Notes under the pieces: generated by a model
The model's input: only the letters and a program-made list of their open reading frames with translations
Databases searched by the model: none
What the model was told of the DNA's origin: nothing
Position numbers and translations under genes: made by a program
Source of the DNA: Leucoraja ocellata
Lineage: Eukaryota
Direction: 5' to 3'
DNA length: 64,000 nucleotides
Assembly: GCA_036785375.1 (NCBI GenBank)
Contig: JAWMAR010000033.1
Coordinates: 9,548,001 to 9,612,000 of the forward strand
In this document: in pieces, positions 20,366 to 35,300 of the stretch
Position numbering within the stretch: the first letter of the stretch is position 1
Layout of the letters: each line of letters opens with the position of its first letter

Positions 20366-23300
20366 TCATCCCCTTCCCCTCCTCTCCACCCCCCCCTCCT
20401 TCTCCTCCTCCTGCCCCTCCCCTCCTCTCTCCCCTCTCCTCTTCCTCTCCCCCCCTTCCCCTCTCCCCCCCTTCCCCTCCTCTTCCCCTCCTCTCCCCCC
20501 TCCCCTCTCCTCTTCCTCTCCCCCCCTTCCCCTCTCCCCCCCTCTTCCCCTCCTCTCCCCTCTTCCCCTCCTCTCCCCTCTTCCCCTCCTCTCCCCCCTT
20601 CTCCTCCCCTCCTCTTCCCCCTTCCTCTCCTCTTCCTCTCCTCTCCCCTCTCCTCTTCCTCTCCTCTCCCCTCTCCCCCCTCCCCCTCTCTCCTCTCTCC
20701 CCTTCCCCTCTCCACCCCTTCCCCTCTCCTCTCCTCTCCCAGGGGTAACAGTCGCCCTCACCCCACTGTCCCCACTCTCCCCAGGGTAATAGTCATCCTC
20801 ACCCCCTCCTTTTCCTGTGGTTATAGTTACACCCTCTCCCTGGGGTAACTGTGGCCCTCACCCCCCCACTGCCCTCTCTTTGAAACATACCTGGTTGTTT
20901 TATTTTGCAGAACTGGCTAACTTTGAGAGGAATGTGAATCGAGCAATGCACAAGTACAATGCTTACAGGTAATCCTCACTATCAGCAACATTGACGTCCG
21001 TAAGATCCCAGCTAACCTAATCAACAATCACTGTGGTGGATGAGCTCAGTGGGTCAGGCAGCATCTGTGGAGGGAATGGACAGGTGATATTTTGGGTCGG
21101 GACCCTCCTTCATACGGATGGAGTTGGGGGGGAAGTAAGCTGGTAAAGAGAGGTAGAACTGGAGCAAATGATCGGTGTATGCAGTTCAGTTGACTTGGGT
21201 CAGTGGCTCCTGCTTAATATTGGTCCCCTCAGTAAACCCAGTTCATCATCCCTATCAGGGGGTGCTTCCAATTGGATCCAGAATGATGTTCTGGACAAGC
21301 AAATGAGTTACTCTAGCAATGGTTCCTAATATGAACCACATGATCAGTACACTTCAAACTTTAATTTCACATTTTAATTGGTTTAGTTTATTTAGTTTTG
21401 AGATACAGCGCGGAAACAGGCCCTTCAGCCCACCGAGTCTGCATCGACTAGCGATCCCCGCACATTAGCACTATCCTACACACACTAGGGACAATTTACA
21501 CATATACCAAAGTCAATAACCTACAAACTTGCATGTCTTTGGAGTGTGGGAGGAAACCAAAGATCTCGGAAGAGACCCACACAGTCACGGGGAGAACGCA
21601 CAAACTCCATAGAGACAGCACCTGTAGTCGGGATCGAACCCGGGTCTCCGGCCCTGCAAGCGTTTAAGGCAGCAACTCTACCGCTGCGCCACCGTGCCGC
21701 AGTTGTCCCGTGGTTGCTGGGTTATAAATAGAAATACACTTTCAATCTGAGTTTGTCATCTGTAAATTAGATTCTTAATTTGCAGTATACCTGCTTTCTA
21801 TGCGAGGCTCACATGGAAAGGGAAAATGCGTGTAATACAATTTTACAAAATTATTACTGTATCGAGGCTTTCTATTCTGCAGAATGATTACCAAAAACAA
21901 AGTAGATATTTGGAATGCAAGTTTGTACTTTTTGTTATCTTCTGACAGGAAAGCAGCGTCGGTTATCGCAAAATATCCAACAATAATCAAGAGTGGTGCA
22001 GAAGCTAAAAAACTGGTGAGCATTTCAATACTAAAAAAACATTTTTGTAACATTTCAAAATGTTGTAAACTTTAGTTATTCTTCCCAATATTTGCATCAT
22101 TTAAAACACCTTAAATGAGTTTAAATGACAGGGTATCCGAGTGGTGTTTTGTGAGATAGAATGCATTAATTTATATTTGCAATATGTTTCAGGAAGGAGT
22201 TGGTGACAGGATTGCTAAGAAGATTGACGAGTTTCTAGCAACAGGAAAGTTGCAAAAGCTGGAAAAGGTACAGCATGGATTATTTATTCAATTAATCCTA
22301 TCGAGTGTTAATCACCTGTTTAGATTTATTCCAGATTAATGGTACGGGATGATCGAACAATCATCCAAAGTAAGAAATCTATCAGGCGTGAAAAGAAAGC
22401 CATGTATGTTTTGCAAAGAAGATCTTCAGTACACTTAAGTGGATACAAAAAAAGACACAAAGTGCTGGAGTAGCTCAGCGGGACAGGCAACAGCTCTGCA
22501 GAGAAGGAATGGGTGACGTTTCAGGTCGAGACCCGAAACGTCACTCATTCCTTCTTTCCAGAGTTGTTGCCTGCCCCGCTGAGTTACTAAAGTATTTTGT
22601 GTCTATCTTTGGTTTTAACCAGCATATGCAGTTCCTTCCTATACAAAAAAGCACTGTACATTTTGAAAAGAGAGTAGTCCACACAACCCCAATCCCATAT
22701 GTTTACCAGCGGGGTTGGTATACTTACTGTTGTGAAATCTTGCTCTAACTAAAATTGATTTCCACATTTTCTATAAATGTAGAACTTCAATTTTTTTTTA
22801 AATGGTTTAAAAATTAAGAAGGGACTTGACCCAAAACGTCGCCCATTCCTTCTCTCCAGAGATGCTGTCTCACCCGTTGAGTTACTCTAGCGTTTTGTGT
22901 CTATCTTCATTGGTGTAAATGGTGTAAAAAGAAATTCCACATCACATCGAGTAACTGGGAGCACATTGCACTGGACAGGCTCTCCTGGAGGAAATCCGTG
23001 CAGGAAGGAGCTGCACGTCACAAAATGGAACTACGCTGTGTCGCAGAGACAAAGCGACAGCACCGTGAGGAGAGAGATAGAGAGAGAAGGGGGCTCGACG
23101 ACTACCAACCACCGCCAGTCTCCACTGTCCACGTTGGACCAAGGTGTGTGGATCGCAGATCGGCCTCTACAGACATCTGCAGACCCACAAGTAGAAAACC
23201 CTATGGAGAGGAGAGGAGAGGACAGTCGTACTCGTTTCCAGTGACTGCGATGATGATGATGGAGTTTAGAATTTTCATATGTTGATGGTTACATTGAAAT

Positions 23301-26300
23301 TTTGCTTTCTTTTCTCGCAGATTCGTCAAGATGATACCAGTTCATCTATTAACTTTTTAACAAGAGTAACCGGAATAGGGTAAGTTCTGACGGTAATAAC
23401 ATTTATCACAGTGGAACTTCATTATCTGGCAAAATGGAGGGGATTCCATCTATCCCAATAATGTTTGTTGCTAATGCCAGTATAGTTTAGTTTCTTATTG
23501 TCACATGTACTGAGGTACAGTGAAAAGCTTTTGTTGTGTGCTAACAACACTCAATAGAAAGACAATATGGATATCAATGGATTTAGTGCTTTGAGAGTTA
23601 CAGCAATGACAGTAAGAAAAAACTGCAGATGCCGGGTATAAATCGAAGGTAGAGACAAAATCCTGGAGTAACTCAGCAGGTGAGGCAGCATCTCTGGAGA
23701 GAAGGAATCTGCGATGGTTTGAGGATGTTTACCAGGAGGCAGTTTAAGAGATTGGAGACCTCGGAGGTTTTCAGCTCGGAATAAGGAAAAAATATGTTTA
23801 ACTGATGGCATAAGGGCTAAGATATGCCACGTTAAGTGAGTTGGTGTCCTGATCAATTTAAAATAATGGGCAAAAGAAAGATAACGGTTATATAAAAGAA
23901 AGATAAGAGGTGAAATATTTTGGAAGGTATTTAAACGGGATTGAACCCAGTCACGTACTGATGCATGTTGCTACTTTGCAGACCTGCCGCAGCGAGAAAG
24001 TTTGTGGAGGAGGGAATCAAGACTTTGGATGGTACGGTATTTGAGCCCACATTTTTGTAAACTACAACAACACCAGGCTGTAAAGTTACAATCTTAACTA
24101 AAAAAAATTATTGCCCATAAATAAAATTACATATGAAAATGTTCCTTTAATACTTTACTATGTATGTGCAATCTATTTCCTGAAAATGCAAATTATTTAT
24201 TTCACTTCAGCATTTTGTTAATGATTGGTCATTCATAATGAAAAGCAAAAAATCAGAAAATGCTGGAGATACACAGCAGGCCATGCAACATGTCTAGTTT
24301 AGTTTAGTTTAGTTTAGTTTAGAGATGCAGCTGTTTGGAAGACCGAGTCCACGCCGACCTGCAATCACTCCTATGCTAATTCCATCCTACACATTAGAAT
24401 GTGGCAGGAAACCAGAGCACCCGGAGGAAACCCACGTGGTCACAGGGAGAACATACAAACTCCAGTAGTCAGCTTCGAACACAGATCTCTGATGCTCTGC
24501 AGGGCCCTCCATTTTGAGCATTTACAATTGGGGATGAGTAAGAGGTTACATCTAGAGAACTATGGGGCTGGAGTTGAATATAGGGATGGGAAGGTAAAGT
24601 GTTAAGTGCACAGCTCAAACCCATTTACATGGCCACTGTGATGATCATCTTTAAATGTACCGCTCTTTGAGAGAGGAACAGTTAGCCCTCTGGAACGGGA
24701 AACCAATTTGATCTAAGTCTTGGCAGTAATTTTTTCCTGTCATTTGAAGTCTAAATGGCTATTAATGATTTGAAATATAATTTCTCTGATCTACAGATCT
24801 GAGAGAGAATGAACACATACTGAATTACCATCAGCGGATTGGCTTGAAGTAAGTGTTTTTGTAGTGGAGCCATTTTGTCATAAATGAAATGTGATACAGC
24901 ATGGGATCAAGTATTAATGGTGAAAGATTTGGTGCAGTGAGCAACTTTGCTTGCTGCACATTGTTTGTTGCGTTGCCTACAATCATAGTGTTTTACACAG
25001 GCTCTTCAGCCCAACTTACCCACAATGACCGACGTGGCAACGTGAGCCTGAAGTCTAACGTCCAGGTTCAGGAACAGCTTCTTCCCCACAGCGTTCAGGC
25101 TATAAAACACAACAAATAAGCTATGAGCTCTGAACTGCAAAAGACTATATTATTATTTGTTTTGCACTATATTTGTTATTTATTGAACTTTTTTATTTCT
25201 CTCGCGTTATATGTGAATATGTAAACATTGTATATTCTGTTGTGCTGCAGCAAGTAAGAATTTTATTGTCCCGTCCGGGACATATGACAATAAAACACTC
25301 TTGACTCTTGACAAGCCCCATCAACACTCGTCCCACCTGCCTGTGTTTGGCCCACATCCTTCTAAACCAGACCTATTCACGTACCTGTCCAAACATTGTC
25401 TTCTAAACATTGTGGTCATACCTGCCTCAACTACCTCCTCTGGCAGCTCGTTCCATACACCCACCACACTGCGTTTAAAAAAAATAAAAAATAAAAAAAG
25501 TTGCCTCTCGGGTTCCTATTAAATCTTTTCCCTCTGCGAGTTTGTGAGTTTGCCAGAATAGCAGAGAGAGCAAAAGTGAGAGTCTGAAAGAGGGCACCAC
25601 TCTCTGTCTTAAATTATTGTTAATCACTAAAACCTTTTGCAGTCCCCTTTGGACCCAGACATTCACCTTTATTCTCCTTTGTCTTCTCCTGCCACATACC
25701 TTTTCTCTGCAAGAGTGTAAATGTCTATCTGTTGGTCATTTTGAGGAAAATTACTTTGAAGGGACAGTAATATTGGCAAAGAGCTTGCGGTCAAAATTAT
25801 TTTATACAACACAAAATGGGCGGAATACGATTTTTAGAGAATTGACAGGCAGGTGTATGTTCCATTTAAATCTGAAAGGCGAAGTATATCTTTGTAATCA
25901 GAGCCTTGCAGCCATTAATTAAAGTTTGACTGTACCCATTGTAATTTCAAGTTGGAGGAAGTAGTTTTAAGGGAATTCACGATTCAGCCAGCTATTTTGT
26001 TTTACTCCTTGGTTAAGAAAGCTAGTTTGCACCTGCTAAATCTTCCTGTTGTGCTTTAAAGGATATGGAGACTAATCTGAAATTATCCACAATGATTGAG
26101 CATTAATTTTCCCAATAGATTAACCTTCAAGACTTCAAAATGTTTTACGTTAAGGACACATCCTTTGCGTTTAATTTGTTTGCTGATTTGGTACACAGGC
26201 TAAAATTGTTGGGGAAAAATGTAATCATTTCATTTCATTTTTTTAGATAGTTTTTCTTAAATGTGAGCAATTGTGTAGTGCAGGTATTTGCTCGATGTGC

Positions 26301-29300
26301 TAAAGCCCTCTGGTGGCAAAAAAAAAGGGATAACTAAACAACTTCTAGTTTTGGACAATAAGATCCTGTGATAGGTGGAGAATTAGGCCATTCGGCCCAT
26401 CAAGTCTACTCTGCCAATCAATCATGGCTGATCTATCTCTCCCTCCTAACCCCATTCTCCTGCCTTCTCCCCATAGCCTTTGACAATAACTTAGTCACAC
26501 TGCTACATGTAATAATCGCGGAAATATTTATCTTGTAATGGGTTTCAAAACGGAGTCTGGGTAATAACACAATGTTTAATGTGGATTGCACAATTATAGT
26601 TTGGATCTGAAACTTGAGTTTCTACCTTGTGCTTCATGTTAGTTAGTATATTATATGCGGTGCAGGAGGATTGGCGAGATATGAAAGTAGTCCCTTGCTA
26701 TTGTGGCAAAGTAGTTGTTATTTTTCATTGATGCTAAACCTGAACCATTTAAAAGTAAGGGGTGACCTGAATTAAGTCATGCAGGATAACAGAGAGAACT
26801 TTTAACTGAACATTTAACCTACAGGGGTGACCTATAATAGGCCAGTTCAGGTGGAATTACTTTCCAATTACTAAATGCTCATAGTTATTTTATTGATTTC
26901 TGTAGGTATTTTGAGGACTTTGAAAAGCGAATTCCTCGGACAGAAATGGTGAAAATGCAGGTAAGGCAAAGAGACCTCAAACTGGGTAAGATATGTAGGA
27001 AAGAACTGCAGATCGAAGATAGACACAAAATGCTGGAGTAACTCAGCTGGACAGGCAGCGTCTCTGGAGAGAAGGAATGGGTGACGTTTCGGGTCTCGAT
27101 TAGAGATACCGTGCGGAAACATGCCCTCCCCACCGATCAGCGATCCCCGCACACTAACACTATCCTACACACACTAGGGGCAATTTTTTACATATACTGC
27201 AAGCCAATTAACCTACAAGCCTGCACGTCTTTGGAGTGTGGGAGGAAACCGAAGATCTCGGAGAAAACCCACGCAGGTCACGGGGAGAATGTACAAACTC
27301 CGTACAGGCAGCACCCGGGACTCTAGCGCTATAAGGCAGCAACTCTACCGCTGAACCACAGTGCCACCCTTAAACTTTGTAGTTACTTCATTGGTCTCAA
27401 GGCTTGGGAGGTTCTTTTAAAATGATGAGGGATAGACAGAGTTGATGTGGACAAGCTTTTCCCTTTGAGAATAGGGAAGATTCAAACAAGAGGACATGAC
27501 TTCAGAATTAAGGGCCAGAAGTTTAGGGGTAATATGAGGGGGAACTTCTTTACGCAGAGAGTGGTGGCGGTGTGGAATGAGCTCCCAGTGGAAGTGGTGG
27601 AGGCAGGTTCATTGGTATCATTTAAAAAATAAATTGGATAGGCATATGGATGAGAAGGGAATGGAGGGTTATGGTACGAGTGCAGGTATATGGGACTAAG
27701 GGGAAAAAAGATTGTTCGGCATGGACTTGTAGGGCCGAGATGGCCTGTTTCCGTGCTGTAATTGTTATATGGTTATATGGTTCTGACGTAATGGAAGGAA
27801 TTGCACAAATGCGTTTTATTTCCCCTTTGACCTCTACTGCAATTTTTGTTTTAATCGAAAATTCTTGTTCTCTTTTGAAAACTTGTTGAAATTGGTTCTA
27901 AGAAGCCATCAGTCAAATTTTCCTGTCTTTAGTCCTCTGGTTTTTCACCATGAGCCATTAGAAACTATTTCATGCTACTTATTTAAACCTTTCATGATTT
28001 TCACACTTGCATCTAATCTCCAGTTAGTCTTTCCCTGCTACAAACTCTATGGATGATTTATAAATCACCGATGAATAGTTGGGAATAATGAATTCCTGTA
28101 ATCATTTAGTAAATCTCCACTCTTTAGGAAAAACTCTTGTTGCCAAATTTCTTGTTTTATTTCAGTCCATATTAAAAACATGGCAGTCCATATTAAAAAC
28201 ATGAATTTCTGGCTGGAAGAAATGGATCAACAACCAGAGGTTACACAAAAAAGCTGGAGAAACTCAGCGGGTGCAGCAGCATCTATGGAGCGAAGGAAAT
28301 AGGCAACGTTTCGGGCCGAAACCCTTCTTCAGACTGGATCAACAACCAGATTGGTTAAGGATGGAAAAGGAAGGCTGTTTACCTTTTGAAATTAGTCCGA
28401 TTATATTTGCTCCCACAAAACTGCACAAAAAAACCTATAAGGAAAACCCTATAATACAGAGTGGAATACGAATTTGGAAACAATTAAAAAAAGCTTTAAA
28501 ATTGAATAATATACCACTATGCCTTCCCATTGTAACTAATCCTTTATTCAAGCCATCCATATTGGATAAAGGTTTCACACAAAGGAAAAACTGCCACACC
28601 ATTCCTAAGTTTGGTCCTTAGCAATTATCATTCCCTGAATATCTATGTGCCGATCCAGACCCCTATTAAATGCCACCATTGTATCCACCACAATTGGCAG
28701 CGTGTTCCTGGCACATACCACCTTCCTTCTGTGTAAGACTAAAACACTTGCCCCGCACATCCCCAAACATTGCCTGCACATGATCCCTGCATATCCACTT
28801 AATTTTACCACAGTAGAGTTGAAGTAAATGAAAGATCTGCCACACAGTCACGAATGTCACTTCTGCTTTTACTTAGCATCGTGAATTTTTATTATTTTTG
28901 TCTCTTTTACTCTTTAGGCTATAGCTCTGCGGGAGGTGGAAAAATTAGATTCTAAATATGTCGCCACCGTTTGTGGCAGCTTCAGACGAGGTTGGTACAT
29001 TCCGCTTTCTGCATTAGCAAAAAGAAAAATAGCAAATGGAATACTTGCTCTTTTGCCAAAACCAGGATACCATTTGATGATTTATCTGCTTTAAAAGTAG
29101 ATAAATTAAAAAAAATTGGATCAAATTGCTAAGGATGTGTGCAAATTCACAGTGTGCTGAAGGGGACTGGATAAGCTCTCACTGGGGCTGACCGCGGGGG
29201 TTGAAAAAAACAGGAGAACTTATCACTTGTGATCTTGAGACTTATCCACTCCTCTTCAATGTCTCCATCTCTACCACATCTGCTCCCAAGATGAGGCTTT

Positions 29301-32300
29301 CCATCCAAGATGTCTTCTTTCGTTAGTAAACGTGGTTTCCCCTCCCCCGCTGACACAGATGGAACCTTGAACCATGTCTCCTCCGTGGCCAGTGTTTCTG
29401 CTTTTGCTCCCCCTCCCCCCAGGCGCAACTAGGACAGAGTTCCCCATGTCCTTATTTTTCACCCGACTTGCCTCCGCATCCAACACATCATTGTCTCTAC
29501 TTAATAACATTTATAATACTTTCCTTTAAAGTGATTGAGCTGATAGAGGATGTGCTGTTACAGTTTTATGATCACCAGTTATTCTTTATCTGTTCACTAT
29601 TTCTATTTGTTTAATGACTACTAAATGCAAAAAAAAATGTAGGGAGAATGGATCAAAAGCAATATTCCTCAGTGTTCTCTCTTGCTCTCAGGCGCTGAGT
29701 CCAGTGGTGATATGGATATTCTCTTGACTCATCCGGACTATACCTCGGAATCATTAAAAAGGGTACGTTGCTTTCTAGAGATGTCAGTTTACAATGTCAT
29801 GTGTTAGTATTCATCATGTACATAATCACCAAGTCATGTCATATGGGTTTCAGTTGTACAAGAAGGTGATTCATCATCACAGGTGCATTTGGCAATGGAT
29901 GGACAACACTTGTTGGCCTTGGATGTGAATGAATAATGAAAAGCTATACCTGTTTCTGCTGGCCTGCAGTGTAGTCTATTATAATAATCCCTGAATACAT
30001 TTAAATGGTTTCATTGACATCTCCCCATTTTGTTTATTAAAACACAGAGTGCCGGAGGAACTCTGCAGGTCAGGCAGCATCCGTGGGAGAGTGGACACTG
30101 CCTGATCTGTTGACTTCCTCTGGTGTTTTGCTGGAGCTTCCAGCATCTGCAGTTTCCCATTCTACCTACCCTGGGACAAGGTGTGTGCTTCCTATACTTA
30201 GTCATGGCCATAGCATTGTTCAACAGCAGAGGGCACTGTACTTCTTCCCTAGGATGCAGATAGACTGAAGGAATTAGATGCCAGTGCTGAACTCAAATAG
30301 CTTTAAACATTTTTTAATTGCTGAAAACCGTGTCTTTGCAAGAGGATGCTCACGTTGCAGTATTAAACTACAGAATAAAGACTGAATGCTTTAATATAGG
30401 AAATAAATCCTGCAGACATGGCTATGATTAAGGTTACCTTTGGTCACCTTTTGAAGGAATTTGTGAAAAGTTCAGTTTAGTTTATTGTCACACGTACCGA
30501 GGGACAGTGAGCCTGCCATACCAATTTGCTGGGAGTTGAGGGAGAGTAATTAGGTCAAACTTTGCAATGCAAGAATAATTTCAAAGCTACTTTCATATGA
30601 CATCTTTAGGCCATTCTCAATATTGAATGTGGACAAAAATGCTGGAGAAACTCAGCGGGTGCAGCAGCATCTATGGAACGAAGGAAATTTTTTCCTTCGC
30701 TCCATAGATGCTGCCGCACCCGCTGAGTTTCTCCAGCATTTTTGTATACCTTCGATTTTCCAGCATCTGCAGTTCCTTCTTAAATAATATTGAATGGATT
30801 GTTCTGATTCCATTTTCAGGTTTCTTGCATAAATAACTATCACCTGGATGGTGTCTAGTTTATTTTTTAATTGTCACGTGTACCGAGGCAAGGCTTTTTT
30901 GTTGCGTGCTGTCCAGTCAGCGAAAAGACTATATGTGGTTACAATCAAGTCATCCACAGGTCTGCTCGATGATGAGCCAACACCTTTTTGAGATTCATTT
31001 TGAAGATACAAAATAAAGGATTTCCCAAGGAGTAGAACATTAGCAGAAAAAGAGTGGGAAAATTGGCTGGGAAAGAAATCTGACAAAAATGCTAAGCGAC
31101 TTAAAAGTTCCCCTTTAAACCATTTAGACGGTTTCATGTTAACATCATGTAGCAACGTTACAAAATTTTGAGATTTAAAAAATCAAGTCTGTAATTTATC
31201 CCATCAGATAAAGCATAAAAAGAAGTTTAATTTGACACCTAATTCACTTTCATATCTCAAGTATTTAAAAAGTTATGGCCATTTTCATACTCGGAAATTA
31301 GCATCTTGTTCCCTATTGATTTTCTATGGACATAACAAAAAAGCTGTGATCGTGTGCTGTCAAAAGGCCATAACCTTCTTAAAAATTAAGAGAACTGAAT
31401 GAAATTTTCAGTTATCGTAGATTGAACCATTCTGAAACAAATATAAAATAATCTTACTTGGATGACCTGAAATTAAAATATATAATTAGTTAGTTACCCA
31501 AGTGTAGCTAATTTCAACCTTCAATTACTAGATCTAAACGTCTATTCATTTCTTAATAAATGATTAACATTTTTAAATAGCCCGTGTCCAAATAATATTC
31601 ATAAATAATTCTCAATAAAACATGATTTTGAAATCTCATTTACATTAATTTATAGGCCAAATGGAAGGAATTTAGTGTTCAATTGCTGTAAATTAAAGTC
31701 CATTTTAAATCGGCTTTCTAGTGGGTTCCTGTGAACGCGCTGGTTTAGAACGTTCACATTGCAGTAGAATTGTGCCTTCAAATGCCCAGAAAAATACTGC
31801 GGGATATAAAGAGCCCAAAATTAGCTACTCGCAATAGTAACTTTGTATAAAGGGTTCTAAAGAAGCCCTTTTTAATGTAAAAATAAGGTACATACCTTTA
31901 ATTGTTTGCTTTATAAAACCCTGGGGCTGCGAGAGGTCACGGGTTTAGAGAGTGATTTTTAAACTACTATAACTATTATACAAGGCCATAAAAACTAATA
32001 TTACCTTTCGCGACGGGGTCTTTCAGCGATTTTTCGTTAATGATTTACTAGGCTGAACATTTTCGATTGCAACAGCCTAGTAAAAATCGCGTTTTAAACC
32101 CGCCCCCTCTAAACAGCGCCAAAATCGCGCACACGGGCTGGGGCAGATTCTCAATGACGATTCAGGTAGGTTTTGCAACATACCTACATCATGCCGTGCA
32201 ACTTTACCACATTTGGAAATTAATTTGTTTACAATCGTTGAGGCTACATGTGCATTTAATTTTAATCCCACTTCACTAGCCATGGTAAGGAACCAATTCC

Positions 32301-35300
32301 CATTTGACTTTTCACCTCATTAAACCATGCATAGTGTCACCATTATAGTATGTCATTTGATAAATGGGATTCTAGTTTGATCACTGACATTACTAATTCA
32401 CTCCTGGCACCACGAGTGGACACCGCAAGGAAACTAAATCCAGCATTGCCAGGCTACTTACTAGAATGCCAGAAGAAGATTGGAGCAAAGTGGTTTGGAC
32501 AAATGGGAATGGTGCATAGTTGGTGAAACTAACTGAGAAGTTGAAAATATTGCGATGGGCATTAATGACAGACCTAATGGTTGAATTTGATCAAACTGCC
32601 CCTTCACTGAATTTTAGCACCATGGAATTCATAGGAGTTTAGTTTATTGTCACGTGTGCTGAGGTTCAGTGAAAAGCTTTTGTTGTGTGCTATCCAGTCA
32701 GCAGAAAGACAATACACGATTACAATCGATCCATTCACAATGTATAGACCCATGATAAGGAATAACGTTTAGTGCAAGGTAAAGCCAGCAAAGTCCGATC
32801 AAGGATAGTCTGAGGGTCGCCAGTGAGGTAGATAGTAGTTCAGGACTGCTCGCTTGTTGTGATAGGATGATTCAGTTGCCTGATAACAGCTGGGAGAAGT
32901 GCTGCCCATTAGAAGTGATATTTTGACCTGCCATTTAATGATCTCAGCAAACCTCTGTGTGAAGGCCTTTTACTGGTGGATTTCTGCCTGACAGAACATT
33001 GTAGACACTGATAGTAGGAATGGGTGACTGAAGAAGGGTCTCGACCCGAAATGTCAGCCATCCCTTCTATCCAGAGATGCTGCCTGGCCCTTTCTATAGG
33101 TGAGAAATAAAAATGAAACTGTGATTGACTACAAGATGTCAACTGTCAGTTTGTAAATTGTGAGAGGAAGGGAGGGCTGAAGGAAGGGTTGAGCTCCGAG
33201 AAATCCTAGATCGAGGTTGGCAATGATGTGATGAGTTTTGATTTCAACAAAGTGGCCATGAGTCACAGAGTTGTGTGGAAGCAGACCCTTTCAGCCATTG
33301 AGAAGGAAGAGCTATTAGTTATCAGGGTGATATATTGCCTGGCGTGGATGAGATCTCTCCTCAGTTGCCATGGCAAACAAGGGAGCCCTTACAAAGATTT
33401 TTGCTGGATTGGTGTGGATGAGAAAAATGTTGGCATGGACTCGATGGGCCAAAGGGCTAGTATATGAGCTGTGCAATTCCATGACTGTATACTGAATCAC
33501 AAACTCAGCTGTTTGAGAAGTCAGGAACTCAATAGTTCAGACAGCAGTTGCAGAGGGAATGGGCAGACAACATGAAGTGCTGGAGGACCTCAGCATGTCA
33601 GGCAGCAACTGTGCACGCTTCATCACTCCCTCCCTAGATGCTGACTGTCCCTCTGTGATCCTCCAGTACTTGGTTTATTTGCTCAAGATTCAGGCATCTG
33701 CAGTTTTTTGTGTCTCTTTATTTCTGAATATGCAATGAGTTGTCTTTTAATATAAAATAATCAATAAATGCAGCAAAATATCTCTCCTGAATAGCAAGTT
33801 TAGCCTGATCTTTGCCAATTTCTATTGACTTATCCATTCACATGCTGTTCTTTCATTTGTATTTTATTTATTTGGGCTGTGACCACAGGATTTATGTTGT
33901 TCCCTTTCAAATATACTTTCCCCACAACAAAACTGCTGCTAATTAAGCAAGTGAGAAAATAAATAGAATTCTCACATCTTGATGAGATTATGTTAACCTA
34001 TATATAGAAATGCAATATTATACTCTCATGCTTTCCAGAACAGAAAAAAATAGAAAATATTCACCAGTTCTAGCCATTTATGTCACAGTTGAAATAGAAT
34101 AACAGACTTAACATTTAGTCAGTGATAGCCATTTGGCACAAAGGATAATTCCCGTATGTGCCATGTGTGCCTAATACTGTGACCCAGCATTTTAATTGAA
34201 TGTCATTTGGGATCAGAGGAGATTTGCAAGGCTAACAAATGCAGTGATCATAAGGCGTTTAGTATTTAGATATCTTTACAGCCTAGGATTTACAGTATTA
34301 AATTCATTGTCGCTTTCCATCCCTTAGCATAGAGGATAAATTCCAGACACTGGAAAATAATGTATGAATGGAGAGAGAGGAAGCAAGCATTCTCTTTATG
34401 GTTTACTATAATATAGTCATACAGCACGGAAACGGGCCCTCCCTTCAGCCCGACACGCGTCTACACTCGTCCCACCTGCCCATATCTCTCTGATCCTTTC
34501 CTAACCATGTACCTGTCCAACTGCCTTTTAAATGTTGTTTATAGCACTTTTATCAACTACCTCCCCTGGCAGCTCGTTCCACTTACCCACCACCCTCTGT
34601 GTGAAAAGTCACCCCTTGGGTTCCTATTAAATCTTCACCCTCTCACCTTAAACCTATGTCCTCAAGTTCTTGATTTCCCCTTGTCTCATTAAAGCACTCA
34701 CCCTATCTAGTCCCCTCGTCTTATACACCTCTATAAGATCACCCCTCGTCCTCCTGCGCTCCATGGAATAAAGTCCTAGCCTGCCCAACCTCTCCCTGTA
34801 GCTCAGTCCCTCGAGTCTTGGCATCATCCTTGAAAATCTTCACTGCACTCTTTCCAGCTTAAGGGCATCCACCGTCCGATATAATTAAGTAAAAACATCA
34901 AAAAGATCGATTTGTATTAGCACCAACAGATAGTGCTCTCAGGGTTATTTCACTAGCCTTTCTGTGGAATAGAAATATTTGGACAGCATGGTGGCACAGT
35001 GGTAGAGTTTTATATATTCTATGTTTTGTGTTATTCTGTAGATTGGCAAACCTCTTAGAAATGTAGACGGTGGTTTATGGTATGAACTGCAGTTTGTTGA
35101 ATTAGCCTTAGAGCTCTCACTGCCAGTAAAGTTATGGGGAGCAAATGAAATTCTTATTAAATATTCAAGTGAGTTGTGTAAAAGACTTGGCAACAATACT
35201 GAAGTTTTGTGTTCTTTCAAAATGGCAATAGATTTGAACTGTATAAGAATAAAATGAAGAACATATTAATGAACTTGCAAGTGTGTTAGTATGGCCTCCA

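Noticed and set aside
19894-20848. 273-aa and 221-aa ORFs over POLB exon 1 and intron 1
   Set aside because: Only 20279-20339 is coding; the rest is read-through of the CT tract
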